Shown piece by piece: positions 28,291 through 43,629 of a stretch of DNA of 64,000 nucleotides (positions are counted from its first letter, which is position 1; each line of letters opens with the position of its first letter). Origin of the DNA: Chrysomallon squamiferum (Eukaryota > Animalia > Mollusca); assembly GCA_012295275.1 (NCBI GenBank), contig CM022665.1, positions 496,001-560,000 on the forward strand, in the 5' to 3' direction. The notes beneath the pieces are model-generated. The model was not told the origin of the DNA. It was given only the letters and a program-made list of their open reading frames with translations, and ran no database searches. The translations under genes and the position numbers were made by a program.

Positions 28291-29928
28291 ATATTCACTG
28301 CAATGCGTCGATTTTTTTAACATGTCACCGAAATGAAATATCTAGAGAAAGAATAAAACAAATTTATTTATTTATTTTTTATTAAAATAATGCTTGTTTG
28401 AGTTTTTTCTATTAAAAATGAAAATGAAGTTATTATTAGGTCAATTAGCTAATTTTAGGATGTTTTAGCTTTCGGAATTGTTTATTTTTTTATATAAAGT
28501 TTGTTTTAGTATTTTTTTTTTTATGACAGTTATTATTTATACTATCGATACCAAATTTTTTACCGTTGTTTTTCTTTACTATTTTAATATTCTGTAAAAA
28601 TGTATGCTGTTTGCTTAAAAACTACTTCTGTAGTTACATAGCTAAAAATGTACTATTAGTTAAATAATAGCAAAACATGCGGCCAACACTGTAAAATTTA
28701 GGAAAAAGGCAAAATGTCGCTTCTTTTTTTTTCTTAATTTTATATTTATTTTCTGAAACCAACAGAAAAAATCTTATTAATTGATCTTTTAAAATCATAA
28801 AAATCAAGCATTGTGTTTTGATATCGTGTCCAATATCAGGCAAAAAAACTGTCAAAAGAAAATTGCCTCGTACTGAATCGCTGAAATTTTAAATATATTG
28901 TCTAGCAAATGACGCGAGGTCAAAACGAACACTCATGTGTCACATTTATTTATTTCTGAACCAATAAACCAGCTCTAAGAGAAAGCAATTTCTGTTTAGA
29001 TATGTACAATCTGCATCTCAATAACCATACATATGAACTGTTCGTCTTTCCCTCTGTTCCCGAATACATACATGTATAACACTCCATTTGCATGTTCACT
29101 TCACTCTACATCATATTCGTTGATATTTTTCCATAACTGCGGCATTATACAACGTTTACTCATTACACCGATTGCATTTACATAGCTCAGAATGCATTTA
29201 AACAATTTTACGGCTTGGAAAATATTTACGTCAAGTAAATATGCATGCAAATGATTTGTATGATTCGCATAGCTTATTATGTTTTCTTTGAATTGCAATT
29301 CATGGCCGCATAATTTGGGATCATTATACAAATTAAAATCAAATTCATGCATGTAAAGCAATATTAAGTCTTCAGACTTCAGTAAAATGAGCAAATGTTA
29401 GCTGGTGTTTAGAGAGGCAACACAGTGAATATTGCAGTAACATAAGTTAAATAAGGATATCGCCGTGTAGTCCACAGTAACGAATTATTGTTTGAAAATT
29501 TGGATGTTGGATTATCTCTGTATGCGATTCTGGATATGCCGTTTTACAACTGTTCTTTTAAGTTTCTTACTGGATAGTGTTCCATATGCTTTATACTAGA
29601 AAGTGTTTTTGTCGTATTTTGAAACTGAAGGTGAGTTTAAAGTATTTTATGGTGACTTTTTTGACTGAGGAAATCGGATTGCTTTGTTTGATCCCTTGTC
29701 CAGCCAATGAGAGCCGTGCTCGAGAAAGAAGTAACTAGATTAAGTGTCTGTGTTCACTGGGAAGCGTCCATTCTTCTCTATCAAACCGTTATACACTGAA
29801 AATACAAAAATAAATAAGTACATAAATATATTTTTTATAATTCACTTGAAATTATTATTATTATTATTATTAATTTAATCCTTTCTATGGTCATGGATTT
29901 TACTCAAAAAAAAAAAAAAAAAAAATAA

Positions 29929-29993
<65 letters not shown>

Positions 29994-31250
29994 AAAAAAA
30001 AAAAAAGTAAAAAAAAAAAAAAAAAGTCAATATATATAATATAAATACAAAAATTAAAACAAAAAATCAAATAAAAAAATCAAAGATCTTTCGTTCATCC
30101 ACCAGCAATCCATTTCAGTATTTACATAATTAAAGGTCATAAGAATATTACATAATCACTGACACGTACGTTAACTGTTCCTCTTTCTTTGTTAGAGACA
30201 AGCTTAAAGGAAGAAACGATATAAATGTTTTCGACCAAAGTGTAAAGTTTATTTATTTATTCTTTAACTTTGCGGTAATTTAAAAGAAATATTTGGAAAT
30301 ATTAGCAGTAGTTGCAGTAGTAATAGTATTAGTAGCAGTAATAGCAATAGTAGTAGCATTAGTGGTCGTGTTTCTAGTGTAGTAGAAAGAAAAAATTCTA
30401 ACAACTTTAACTATAACAGTTATTTTTTGGCTATCACTTTTTAAAATGAATAAAGCAAAACAATGTTTTACTTACTCATTTATTTATTTATTTATTACTA
30501 TTATTCTTCCTAAAAGAAATGTTTGTATAAAATTATTAATTAAATATATCAAACTTATATTCTTTTAACAAGAGTAACACGAGAATACTAGTAATTTTAG
30601 TTTGAAATCCTATAATAAAGTATTTTACTTTTATATTCTATGTAACTTTTCCACAGACTACTCAGAAATATTAAAAACAAATTTCATCTCCTAACTGAAA
30701 AACATATTTCACTGAGTATTATTTATTATTTTCCATAAACTGTCTGAATATTAGTATATCACATCAACAGTGATTTTAATTATTATTTTAATAAAACAAC
30801 GAATATTGTTTTGTTATATACGTTATTAGGAATTTATCTGACTAAAACCGCAAACTAATCTGATCACGTGTTTGAAGTTACGGACTGAGTTTATAAATTG
30901 AAAAATACTCTTCGTTGTACCTGAACTGCAGTGATTGTGTGATATTTCATTTCATCTTAATTTCGGATTTATTTATGGCGTCTTGTCTGAACTGGAGTGT
31001 CAGTGTCTGTGTAACCTCTCCTAGCCCCCGGCTCTAGTTCAGCGGGTCCACGGTCTGGGAATATTGGTCCGAAGTTATCATGAAAACACTTCTAGTTTTT
31101 ACATTTTGCATAATTCGTGCCCAAAATGATAAAACAAAATCTAATCCCGTCTATAAATGTCTATCTGAAATTAATAAATAAATTAATTAAAAATAAATTA
31201 TTTCATTGTCTCAAATATTTTTCTACATCGTTTCCTTTCATTCTTTTTTT

Positions 31251-31322
31251 CTTTTCTTTCATTGTTTCTTTTCTTTTCTTTCATTGTTTCTTTTCTTTTC
31301 TTTCATTGTTTCTTTTCTTTTC
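31251..31322. repeat. 22-bp pyrimidine-rich tandem repeat, ~3 copies
   Basis: CTTTTCTTTCATTGTTTCTTTT x3. Confidence 0.8.
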
Positions 31323-31971
31323 TTATAATGAAATATAAACACATTAAGGAAAACTCAGTATTTGTAATCGATTGTTTTTTTCTTCTGTTTTTTTCTAGTG
31401 TACAAACATAGAATTAGATGTTGATCCACACCTAACGTTTCATTTTTAATGTTATTCTTTCACTAACATAGAAATAAGCAAATAACTAATATAGATTTTC
31501 TAATAATTTTTAAATCAAAAATCAATTTCTGTTTAAATATATCTCTTTTATGGGTTATTATATCTTAAAAGAAAATGTAATAATAATAAAATAAAATAAA
31601 ATAAAATGTTCACAAGTCAGAAATTAACTAATATCTAATATCTACAGTCACAACAATAGCAACTACTATTATTACAACTACTTGTACATTTATGACTACA
31701 ACTACAACTACTGCAACTATTACAACTGCTACAGTGTCAGTACTACGTTATTTTGCTTTGTTTTCAAAGTGACTGTGGTGATTATTACACGGCTGATTTG
31801 TTCACGTCAGAGGCGCTGAGTGTCAAGTGAACAACAGCTAGACTGGGATCACTCGGCGGATCACTCAGTAATTATTCTTTAATTACTCTTTATACTTTAT
31901 CTTTATGAACATCAGCGCCCGCTTTATGTAATAATGAAAATAGCAGACAGGCAGATACGAGAGAGAGAGAC

Positions 31972-32060
<89 letters not shown>

Positions 32061-34789
32061 ATTTTTGTGAATGCACAATTTGCGATACAAACCTCGATGA
32101 AACCATAAAGAAAATAACAAACAAAAAGCAATATTAAATATTTATTGCTCTTAAATTAATTGCTCCAAATTTTTTTGAGAAAGTTATCAATATTTTAAAT
32201 TTACAGTTTTTATTGTTTTTAATTTTACTTTTTAACCATTACCAGTTTGATACTACAAACTCGATGAAATTTATTTATTATTATTATTATTATTTTTTTT
32301 TTTTTATAAATATATGCATATTTTTAATTTATTTCTTAATTTTTTTTTTTTTTTATTTATTTAATTATTATTATTTTTTTTTTTTAAAGTTGCACCAAAA
32401 TGTTCAACTTCATATTGTTCACATTGTGTTTGTAGCTAGCGGATCTTTACATGGAAAGGTTTTTATGCAGGTCTGTGACAAAAATTGTTTATAAATCTAA
32501 GAAGTATGCAGAATGCTGGAATGTTTGTGCACAATGCACGTGTCGTTTGTTTTGTACAAGTTACCTAAGCAATTGGAATTAGTTTAATTTTTAGTCTAGT
32601 CACGTATTTCTAACAAGTTTCTCACACATATGAACACGCACACACGCATACACACAGACACACACACAAACACATCTAAAGTAATCGGTTCATGTCACTG
32701 ATCTTAATATATATCAACGTGTACATTATATAAAATACAACATACATGATATAATATGTACTGAAGAATAAAACATCAAAAGAATTTTTTTATTTTTTAT
32801 TAAAAGAACATTTAATTCCTTAAGACTGTTGCTTGTTTCTGCAGTATTTACGAGTTGAAAGACAATGAGGTACGTTTACACCTGATAGTCTCAGTGTAGG
32901 GCAACGTCACTTTGTGATTAATGGCTGGATCTCCGAAATCCTTCTTTCTCTTTAGACAATAAATTATGGTGTTCCCGAGGTAATAAAATAAAATAACCAG
33001 TTAAATAAATATTAATATTCAGTGATGAAAGTATCTGAATTAAAACATAAACTAGCGATTTCCTTATGTCCATTTTACACAAATGTGCGTGTTTATGTTT
33101 GGATCTGGGTCTGTGTGTAGGTGTATACTGTTAAGAACATAGGTATTGTTTTATTTATATACAAATACTTCGAATAACATTAGTATTGTTTTATTTATTT
33201 ATTTTTATTACTTTATCACTGTTAGCAGAAATAGAAATCATAAATGTTAGTAAATATATAATGTGTTTTTTTTGTGTGCACAGCAGTAGTAACAACATCT
33301 GTTGTTTTTGCTGACTTTACTGTGTCTGCCGTTGTTCTTGTTATTATTGACAGAGTCTCGACAGATACATGCTTGAGAAACAACGGCATTCATTTATATA
33401 TATTATTAGTGTTGCTTTCCTGTCTTCAGTTATCTAGGATGTACGAAGTTTTAATTATTATTTTTTTTTAATTATCTTTTTAAAAGGTTTTTAAACTAGT
33501 GAATAATTTATTTGATTAGTTTTAGCGATCATCTCGATGATCTCGATGTAACTTATTATTAGTAACTCATCGTTGAAATCAGAGACTGTTTCCAATTTGC
33601 CACTGATGTCAGTAGTTGAAGAGGGCTGGAAGTTAAGGAGTGGAAGATGTTAAATTAAGCATGTACGTCGTTAATTACAACATGTCGTTGCCGATACTTC
33701 CCACTTCATCTGCTCTGCGCTGGTTCTTCCTTCGTTGTCGTTAACATTATGACAACTCTTCTTCTCTTTTCCGCTTGTCGTCTTCGAAGAAACTCACGAC
33801 TTGTAATCCAGCAATTCCCGTCCACAGATTTGTGATCTTTGGGATTTAGTTTGTTATATTTTGTTAAATACCCAGTGTGTCATGGTTCCTAGAAAAACGC
33901 TTTAAAGTCCTATTCAACAATTTTATCTCCCTATCGTACAGAGGTTTTTTCAAAATGGTCAACCGCTAAAGAATGGACCACAAGTAATAAATCGGAACTT
34001 TGTGTGATATAAAACTGAACTGAAAACAAACTGTCTGCAGACCATATCGCCTATTTTTAGTGTGGATATGGCCAGCTTGTATACAAACATATAATAATAA
34101 TATTATAAATGTAGGCTAGAAGATCCATTTCTGATTACTGGAGTGTGGCGAACATAGATACACACTTGAGATACCCCGAAAAGACTTTCATATCGAAAAA
34201 ACAGCGTGAAGTGATAGCAAGTGATGTTAAAACGAAACATTATATTGTTGATGGTCGCTTCCATAGATCCCGCTCTTATATCTGCCTATAAATCATATCG
34301 AGCTGTATTATGTTCATCTAGAAACGCAAGCGTCGCATTCAGAACTCCTACGTTATTATGAAAACCACACATAAAAAGGGCGACTCCTGTTTTCCGAGGA
34401 CTTCGGCACATATAATTCGGTGGACTAGCAAACTAAATGGAAACTAAGACTCAGAAAATTGAAGGAAGAAATGCGTTTAAGCCTGAGATAATGGAATGTT
34501 ATATAAAAATTTATTTTACAAAACGGCTGTTGGTTCCCACTGCAAAAGCCTGTTTGTAATTTAGAACACAAGTACACGTCATGCAAAACAACTTACCGAT
34601 TTAACTGACAGACTGTTTGTTGAAAATGTTTGAAATTTAAATCTTTTTAATGAGATTTATTTCCCTATATTAATATATTTTTCGGAGACATTCACTTTGC
34701 TATTAAAATGAATGAATTAATTTGCTAAATTTATTATTAATTAACTTATTTATTTAGTTGTTTATTGTTTTGGTGGTACTTTTCACCCG

Positions 34790-34867
<78 letters not shown>

Positions 34868-35714
34868 ATTTTAATTTTTTTTTAATTTTTTTTTTTTATA
34901 AGTTTAATGATATTTATTTATGGTTTGTTTTGATAATATATTATCTATGTGTGGAAGGGCTCACGTTTTTGTTGTTTTGTATTTTTATGAATTTTTTAAA
35001 ACATTCTCACTGGCTAATTATATTAAACATTTAATTATTTACACTAACTCCCATTATTTTTACTACTACTACTGCTGCTGCTACTACCACCACCACCACC
35101 ACCACCACCACTACTACTACTAAATTAATAATTTTGCTGGGCTCTGTATAAAAAAAAAAATAACAAAATAATGTTCAGGACATTTATAAAGACGACGATG
35201 ATGATCAACACAAAAACTAAGACTTGTATCTTAATAATGGTGTCTGTGATAACAGGGGTGTTGATGAGGTTGCTATTTTTTTATTTTTTTTTTTTTTTTT
35301 TTTTTTTCTGAGGGTATTGTTCTTTGATCACCACCGACAACGAGGAACATCAGCTTTGTATTCATCAACAACCACAGCAGTGACAGTGACGGCTATTATA
35401 AAACAACGACGTCCGTTGTTCGTGTGAAGTCTTGGAAGGTACAGAGAAAGTCTGCGCAAAGTGCACAATGCTCGGGCACATTCTTTGTTTGGTAAAACGT
35501 CATTTTTCTTTATAACCGTGGCTCGACAGAATAAATTAGATGTGAAAATTACTGGGTATTTTTCATCGGCTGCACGTTGCTGTGTAATTTTGCCCCCAGG
35601 TCTGATGTAGGTGTGATGGGTACATCTGTCACCGAAGTCTCCGTGTCCCACAGAAAATGGGCGGTAGTCAAAGCTGCGAAGGAAAATGTGTAAAACAAAA
35701 TGTATCATTGTTGT

Positions 35715-35912
35715 TTTTTTATTGCTGTTGTTGTTACTGTTATTATTATTGTTATTATTACTATTATTATTGTTGTCATTATTTTTATTGTTATTATTAT
35801 TATTACTATTATTATTATTATTATAAATTACTATTATTATTATTGTTATTATTATTATTATTATTATAGTTCTTGTTGTTACTATCATCATCACCATTAT
35901 CATCATCGTTAG

Positions 35913-35944
<32 letters not shown>

Positions 35945-35952
35945 GTATTATT
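35715..35952. repeat. (ATT/GTT/CAT)n trinucleotide low-complexity tract (representative of dozens of (AAT)n tracts in the window)
   Basis: Direct inspection. Others include 270-353, 5888-5953, 17100-17201, 27105-27295, 46390-46510, 51478-51580, 52251-52413 and 63630-63745. Confidence 0.9.
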
Positions 35953-36864
35953 ATCTGCATGATCGTTATCAACTTTTTTTTAAAACAGTTATTGGTGTTA
36001 TTATTATTTAATTTATATTTTCTGTTTTTGTTTTCAACTTTTCTTACGGGAAAACTAAAAGAAATAACGTAAAGATGTCATCAAGAGTAGTAGTCCCAGT
36101 ATTAAGGGTGGAAATGCTTATAGTAGTGGTAGAAGTAACTATAATAATAGTAGGAGTGATAGTTGTCGTAATAGTTGTAGTAACAGCTGTGGTAATAGTA
36201 GTTGCAGTAGTAGCACTGACGGTGGAAGTAGTAGTAATATTAGTAGTAGTAGTAGTTTGTTTTTATTTCTTTTTTGAATAGGAATATGACAGAAAATATG
36301 TTAAAAGGTAATAAAATTAATTTGTGCGTAACACGGCTGGGGCTGTAGGTTAAATTAACACTTATATGCAGAGCTTACATTTCTCCAGTTTCAGCGACGC
36401 TTGCTGTTATTTAAGTAAAATTTGATTGGTTTTCTCTGCGACCAGAACAATTATGCTTTAAACCATTTTCTATACTGGCAATTGATCAGAATCGATCCAT
36501 TGAACGGTGGGTTTCAATGCGAATCAAAACTTCCATTGTATGAGTTAAATCTTTTCAGAACAGCAATGGCTCGCTAACTTGCAACAAGCATTGAACATGG
36601 CTGTTTATGAACAAAATATATCATTTCTGCAAGGAAAACTGTCAGCTATTTTGGCAGACATAGCAATGGTTCTAACGATTTTCCCGCCCCTATGGTGATA
36701 AAAAAAAAAAAAAAAAAATCTGCCAATAACTATGTGACCAAGCAGGTAGAAAACAAATCTGTTTAATAACACTTAAATTATTTAAAATTAGATTTCTTGT
36801 TTTTAAAACTGCTTCTTTTATCAGGTAAATATTTTTTCTTATTTTAGTGATAAATGATTGTATA

Positions 36865-36939
<75 letters not shown>

Positions 36940-37486
36940 ATTTCAAGATTGTATTACGATAAATGTTTTTTTATGTGCACTGTATATTTATCTGTAAACA
37001 TTTACTGGATTATTTTATTGTAAATGTATTAAGCAAAACTGACAGAATGAAATTTAAAACTGGTTTTTTAATTTAAAGGATTCTAAAAAACAGTAAAAGC
37101 AGTGCAGAGTTAACGAGATGCTTTTCTCAACTTTTCAGCAGCTGTTGTCTTTTTGACATAAACTGTATGTTACTTTTCCGCAAATTTATCAGTTTTCGTG
37201 AATTAGTTAATAGTAAAAGTGTGTCGTCACTTAAATGAACATTCTGACTGTAATTTGTTATCATTAACAACTGATATTTAATCAGTCTTTTCCTAATCTC
37301 GTTTGCTATTTTTAATAACTGGTTTCAGAATCTGAAGTTGCTAAGTTAAATGATTCAAGTTTTTGTGTCCACCGTCAAAATGACAACAGTTAGAAAAATT
37401 AAAGGAAAATTATGTACATATAATTCTGATTTAATTAATTAATTTTCGTTATCGTCAGCTTAATGTTCATCTTTGTTGTGATTATT

Positions 37487-37517
<31 letters not shown>

Positions 37518-37699
37518 TTATTATTATTTTCCCTTTTAATGTATTTTTTAGTTCGTTACTCTTAACGGCAGCATTCAGCAAAGTAGATGCGTTCCAGTAT
37601 TGTAAATCTATTTGAATAAAATACACTGATTTTCAAAACTGAAGTATTCTTCTTTTTTTTTTTTTTTTTTAATTAACCCTCATAAAACAAAAATAATTT

Positions 37700-37935
37700 T
37701 AAAAATTTAAAAAATAAAATAAAATAAAAAATAAAATAAAATAAAATAAAATAAAATAAAATAATTATAAAATAAAATAAAATAATTATAAAATAAAATA
37801 AAATAAAATAAAATAAAATAAAATAAAATCAAATAATTATAAAATCAAATAATTTTAAAATCAAATAATTTTAAAATCAAATAAAATAAAATAAATAAAT
37901 AAAATAAATAAATAAATAAATGTAAAATAAAATAT
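37700..37935. repeat. (AAAAT)n pentanucleotide array with 16-bp variants
   Basis: AAAAT runs plus repeated AAAATCAAATAATT(A/T)T units. Confidence 0.85.
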
Positions 37936-39838
37936 AAAAAATTAACAAAAAAGAAAAACAGCTATTAAGAAGGAATCTCTGAGAGTGTTTATGTACGAGG
38001 TATCAGCTCTAGTTTTCCTTCACGTATCTCACGCCTGACATCATCTCTTTCTTTCCTTTAAAGGTTCCTGCCTCCCCATAAAGCCTTTCTGTTTTCATTT
38101 ATCCCCTCAATGTGTACATATCCATCGCATGAATTAGTTGCCTTTCTACGTCATCACATGGTTCACCCCTGTACTGCTAGCACCACTACTACTGCTACTA
38201 CCAACACCTCCACCACATTTTGTAATGCTACTATAACGTTTTTACTGCTGTTTCAGTTACTAATAGTAATCTTACCATCACAGCGACTGTTACATCACTC
38301 CAGTATTGCTTTGATTACAACAGGAGATGCAAAATTAACCAAACTTTGTTAAAAAGCAAAACGCACGTGTATCCAGTCTCAGAGAATATGAAAGGTTGGG
38401 AGGTCTTTTTTTTTTTTTTTTAATTTAAAAAATAAAAAATAAACTTTTTTAACTTTTAAAAAATAAAAAATAAAAAAAATAAAAATGTTATAAATAAAAA
38501 GAAAGAAAGAAAGAAAATAAAGTACCTAGTTTTGTCAGCAACTGCCATTTTTAATCTGACAAAAATTAAATAAAGAAATTAACTCGGAGCAATTTGACAC
38601 TGCACAAACATAAGAGAAAAAAAAGTGAAAAGTGGGTTTGTTGAGAACAAGTGAAACCCACGACGTTTTTATCACTTGAACAGCGCACCAAGCTGTGGGA
38701 CATTGTACTACTTGGCATATTTGCGTCAAACGAATGGACGCCATGGGAATGACACAATACCTTTTGGTGCGGAATTAATGTCGGCGGACTGGAGTTAGCC
38801 TCGCTAGTTTCATAAACAAATGGCAGTGGCGTTCTCGCGCAGGTGTGTCGCGAAAAAAAAAAAAAAAAAAAAAATCTTTTTATTGCTCAGTTCCCTACCA
38901 AATTGTGTAACACTTGCATTTGTTTTTGTTCGCGTCGTGTTTCAGTATTTTCAATGCAGACTTCACCTTGTACGTCTGATAAGAAACCATAACATTGGTT
39001 CAGTATTTATTTATTTATTTATTTATTTATTAGATTTTAAAATAATTATAACAAGAAGAAAGAATTACAAACAGATTATTACTATTACTACTACTACTGC
39101 TGTTGTTGCTGCTGCTGCTGCTAGTACTATTACTATTATTTTACTGAAGTTGTCTTTTGCGTTGTTTACTTTTAATATACATTTGGAGTGTCGTCTATGA
39201 ATTCTCGTAATGCTACACATTACAAATGAGCAGTCTAACTCTGTATAAGTTACACAAATGAGTAAATAAATAAATATAAAATTTATTTTAAAAAAATGTT
39301 TGATAACAAAAAATTTGTGTAGCAAACTAACAACTACAGTATACAAATAAACTAATGACTTTATATAAAGTCTAGAACGCTAAATATGATTAATGTAGTA
39401 TATATATGCTTTCTATTCTTAAAAGATATATACATATAATAATAAAATTAATATAAAGATATTAAATAAGACAAATTAGAAAAATACAAAATATGAAATT
39501 TGTCACTTTGATAATTTAAAAAAATATTCTTCGACAACACAGTGCTCAGCCCCCCTCCACCCCCTACTAAAAAACTCTTCAATAAAACAACCTAGCAACA
39601 ATTAATTACCTGTACTTTGCTCTCTGTGGGAAAGTAATAAAATATATCTTACTTTGAAACTAGACTACATACTGATGACAGAATATATATAAAAATAAAG
39701 TAACATATTTATTAAATAGACAAAGAAAATATATTTGCTTGATTTTTGTATTTTACTGCTAAAATTAAAATTTACATCAACACTGAAAATTTGGGAAATG
39801 TATTAAAAATATCCGAGAAAAAATAAATGTATGATCTT

Positions 39839-39867
39839 TGTGTGTGTCTGTGTGTGTGTGTGTGTGT

Positions 39868-39934
<67 letters not shown>
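39839..39934. repeat. (GT)n microsatellite
   Basis: Direct inspection. Others at 36867-36933, 59639-59679 and 60411-60458. Confidence 0.95.
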
Positions 39935-39935
<1 letters not shown>

Positions 39936-41288
39936 TCGATGTAGATTAGTATGTCGAGGCTTGTTGGAATGTTTCGGCGTGTCCGAGTTGTGTCTGTCTC
40001 GTACATTCTTCTGTACTGACTCAACTGGGAATGTTACAAGTTTCGCTTCGCACGCCATTCGAACTCTGAAGCCAATCCACAATCTTTTGAAGACCAAACG
40101 GTTAATTAAGATGACATTATATGCAGTAATTGCTTAATTACAGATCAAAACAAACACGTAAAGCGGTAAGGCTAATTTGCTACGATATTACAGCGAGCAG
40201 TGTACCTTATTCATCTCATTCGATACCATTCAAACTCACACACGTGGATGGGTCGCGAATCGGCGAGGTAATTACTCTGTCGACGCTGATTGGATATCGG
40301 CGATAATGGCCGCACTATGGCGTGTAGATGGACGGATCTTTTGGCTGCCTTGTAATCTGAAGTGATACCATAGCGTTAATGGTATGTGTTACCAGACTCT
40401 AGCTGGTCTGAAGAGCAATTATCTTGTCACTTGAGAGTATTGTTAGGAACGAAGCGATCATCTCTTGCGTAAAACAAACACATGCTCACTTGCACGCTGG
40501 TACACAGAAATGAAGAATAATCCCTCGAAAGTATTGTAAAAAATCGTTTTCTCTCGCTTTTCTCTAGTAGAATAGCCACTGCGAAAATACACTGTGGTAT
40601 CTGGTCAAACAAAATAAAGTATAAAATAAAAAATATATATATATTGTGAAAGATCGGGTCACATGTCACTTCAGCTTAATCTTTGATAATGTGGCTTTCA
40701 TTTAGAATAACATGGAAATATTGATAATGAAATTCATATTGACATTCCTGTGACCTACTAAGCTGATATCTAACCACGACATAATTTTATCATGTTAAAC
40801 ATAGATGTACTTTGCAATGATTTACGACAAATTATTTCTTCATCTACAAAGTGCATCTGTCTCCATCAGACAAACTGAACTTCATTGGTAATACTAATTA
40901 TAGATAAATAAAACCACAGCACTTGATGTGTGACAAAAAGTACAAGATAAAAATAAATAAATTATACTCCCATCTAAAATAATTTTAAAATTCCCTCCTT
41001 ATATCGCAGTGACTTTATTTATTTATAAATTTAGGATTATAATTTAATATTTTATTATTAAGCGATAGATCTGTATCGAGTTACACTGCGAGAAAAATTC
41101 CATTTTTTATTTCTAGGAGTTTTTTTGACATTTTCATTTTTAGAGGTGTAAATAATTATAAAAGAATGCTAAAAAAAGACATATATCTGACCCCTCTTCC
41201 CAAAACAGCAACAACAACAACAACAACCAGAAATCCATATTGTTTGGGTAGGAACTTGACCAGCATGACTTGTTTTTTTTTGTAGTTT

Positions 41289-41405
<117 letters not shown>

Positions 41406-41432
41406 GATTAATGTATGTATTATGTATGTATG

Positions 41433-41465
<33 letters not shown>

Positions 41466-43629
41466 GTGTTTGTATGTATCTAAGTATGTATGTATGTATG
41501 TATGTGTTTGTGTCTGTGTGTCCGCTAATATATAAAATCGAAAATATACGACCATTGACACTACAAGCTGCTTCATCGTTTGTAACATTTGTTCGTGATG
41601 AGAATGTAACCAGTCGGAAATGCAATTCATAGTCTATAGTTCCCATTTATCGAGTCTCTTTTGACTTAGCTGTGGACACTTACTGTGATGAAGGATAATT
41701 AAGATTCACCTGCTACATAAAGTTTTCTTTTCGAGTAGTTCTGATCAGTGTAATGGTGCGTTGATCTGTAGTTATTTGTCACTGATGACTGAGCGACATT
41801 TGTCACCTGTCCCACATGTTACCTGTAATCAACACAGTGCTCTAAGTGTCTGCAAGTGTGCATGTTTCAAAATACCTTACATCTCCTCATCACTTTATAA
41901 TCAGTAATAAGATTTTTTATTTTTGTTTATTTATTTATTTATTTATTTATTTATTTTAAATCGTAGAAAATCAAATGCAGGTCAGAACTGTTACTAACTT
42001 TTATCCTGTAATCAACATACGCACTTACATATATATATATATATCAACTGTGCAAATCAAATTTGTAATTTTGTTGGGAAAATGTTAAATAAAACCTATA
42101 TAATAATCTCCTCAATTCTTTAGATAAAAAAAGAGGAAATATGTAAATATGTATATTATATGGATGATACTCATTAGTGTAGTAATATATTTTCGAGCAG
42201 GTAATCGATGCCAGTGAGTTGTATCTTAATCTTCTTATTAGATAAAAGTTCATTGTACCTTAAACGAATAAATAACAAGTAAGGACGTTTAAACCTTTCA
42301 AGTACATCAGATTTAAAGAAAGTGTTTGTTTTCTCATTCTTTATATTTTAAGATTTTGTTTCAAATGAAATTAAAATGATCCCATTTCTGTTCTAAAGTT
42401 AGTTGCTCATTTTTATAATTACTGTTTTGAATTTATCATTCAGAACACGTAGGATTCTGGGTGTGACGTCATATTACGCAATATCACCAGTTACTATACC
42501 AGTCACGCGTTGTTTTATTTAAGCTGGTTTTAGTAGTAGAACACAATTGATTTTCAAAATAAAAATATATTTCATTAACAACTCGATATTTGTTTTATAG
42601 AAAGTTTTACATATATATATATATATATAAACAGTGTAAATAAAGAGAAAGGTCTATTATCACTATTGCCATTACTCCTACTACTGCAGTTAATACTGCT
42701 ACTACTATAATTACTATTACCATTATAACCACTACTGCTGCTACTATTACAACCATCACCATTACTGCTACTACTACTACTACTATTTTTACTACTACTA
42801 CTATTTTTACTACTGTTACTATTTTTACTACTATTACTATTTTTACTACTACTACTTTTACTACTACTACTACCATCTGTTTACTATTATCATCTAAGTA
42901 ATATGTGTTGAGATTTTTTTTCATGAAATTTTGCATTATATTCTGTATGTTAAATCAGACATCATAATCACTGATGAAATTTTTTTAGAAAAACAGTTCA
43001 GTTCGATACTTTAATTTTGTTTATTTATTTATTTATTAATAGTATTATCGTTGTATCTGTGATTGAAATTTTAAATTATATATTGAGTACAGAACTGTAT
43101 TATTGTACAATAAGCGATAAAACAATTGCTGTGAAAAATAAAAAATAAAAAAAATAAAAAATATAAACAATATAAATAAACATTACTATTAAACGAAATA
43201 AAATTCACTTTAACAAAATCTGTTCATTTGTGTGTATTTGAACTAATATAGGCATGTTCAGGTATATTTATACAAATGTTTGTATTAAAGTATTTATGAA
43301 CACCAATTACATCCGACATGCCCGTTCAGCTTTTCTGAGAGCGCGTGCTTGCATGTGTGTGTAAAAATATTTATTTATCCATACGTTAATATTTATAATA
43401 TACGTTGGTGTAAAGTATATTTTATATCGTTGCTTTTGTTGCTGAATTTATAATTATTTTTTAAAAAGTCAACAAAACAAACAAAACAAAACAAAAAAAC
43501 AACAAAACAGACGCCACAGTCTGTTGCCAACAATTTACAGCAAAACATTTTTTTTTTTCATTGTGTTTCTGTAATTAAACTACAGTTCCAGTTCCTGATA
43601 GCTACAAATTACATTTGATTTCACAAAAT

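Noticed and set aside
27707-28385. Multiple long ORFs (YVCM/HTYI repeats) and similar ER/LS/poly-L ORFs elsewhere
   Set aside because: Stop-free microsatellite translations.
33620-33715. Possible miRNA hairpin (TGGAAGTTAAGGAGTGG, superficially miR-1-like)
   Set aside because: The seed does not match miR-1 (TGGAATG), and the fold needs a ~13-nt bulge.
33860-34600. Long moderately GC-balanced block, possible decayed transposon coding region
   Set aside because: No ORF of 60 aa or more is listed and no RT/transposase motif is recognisable; it needs BLASTX.
35328-35972. 214-aa minus-strand ORF
   Set aside because: The first half is translated trinucleotide repeat and the rest shows no recognisable domain.
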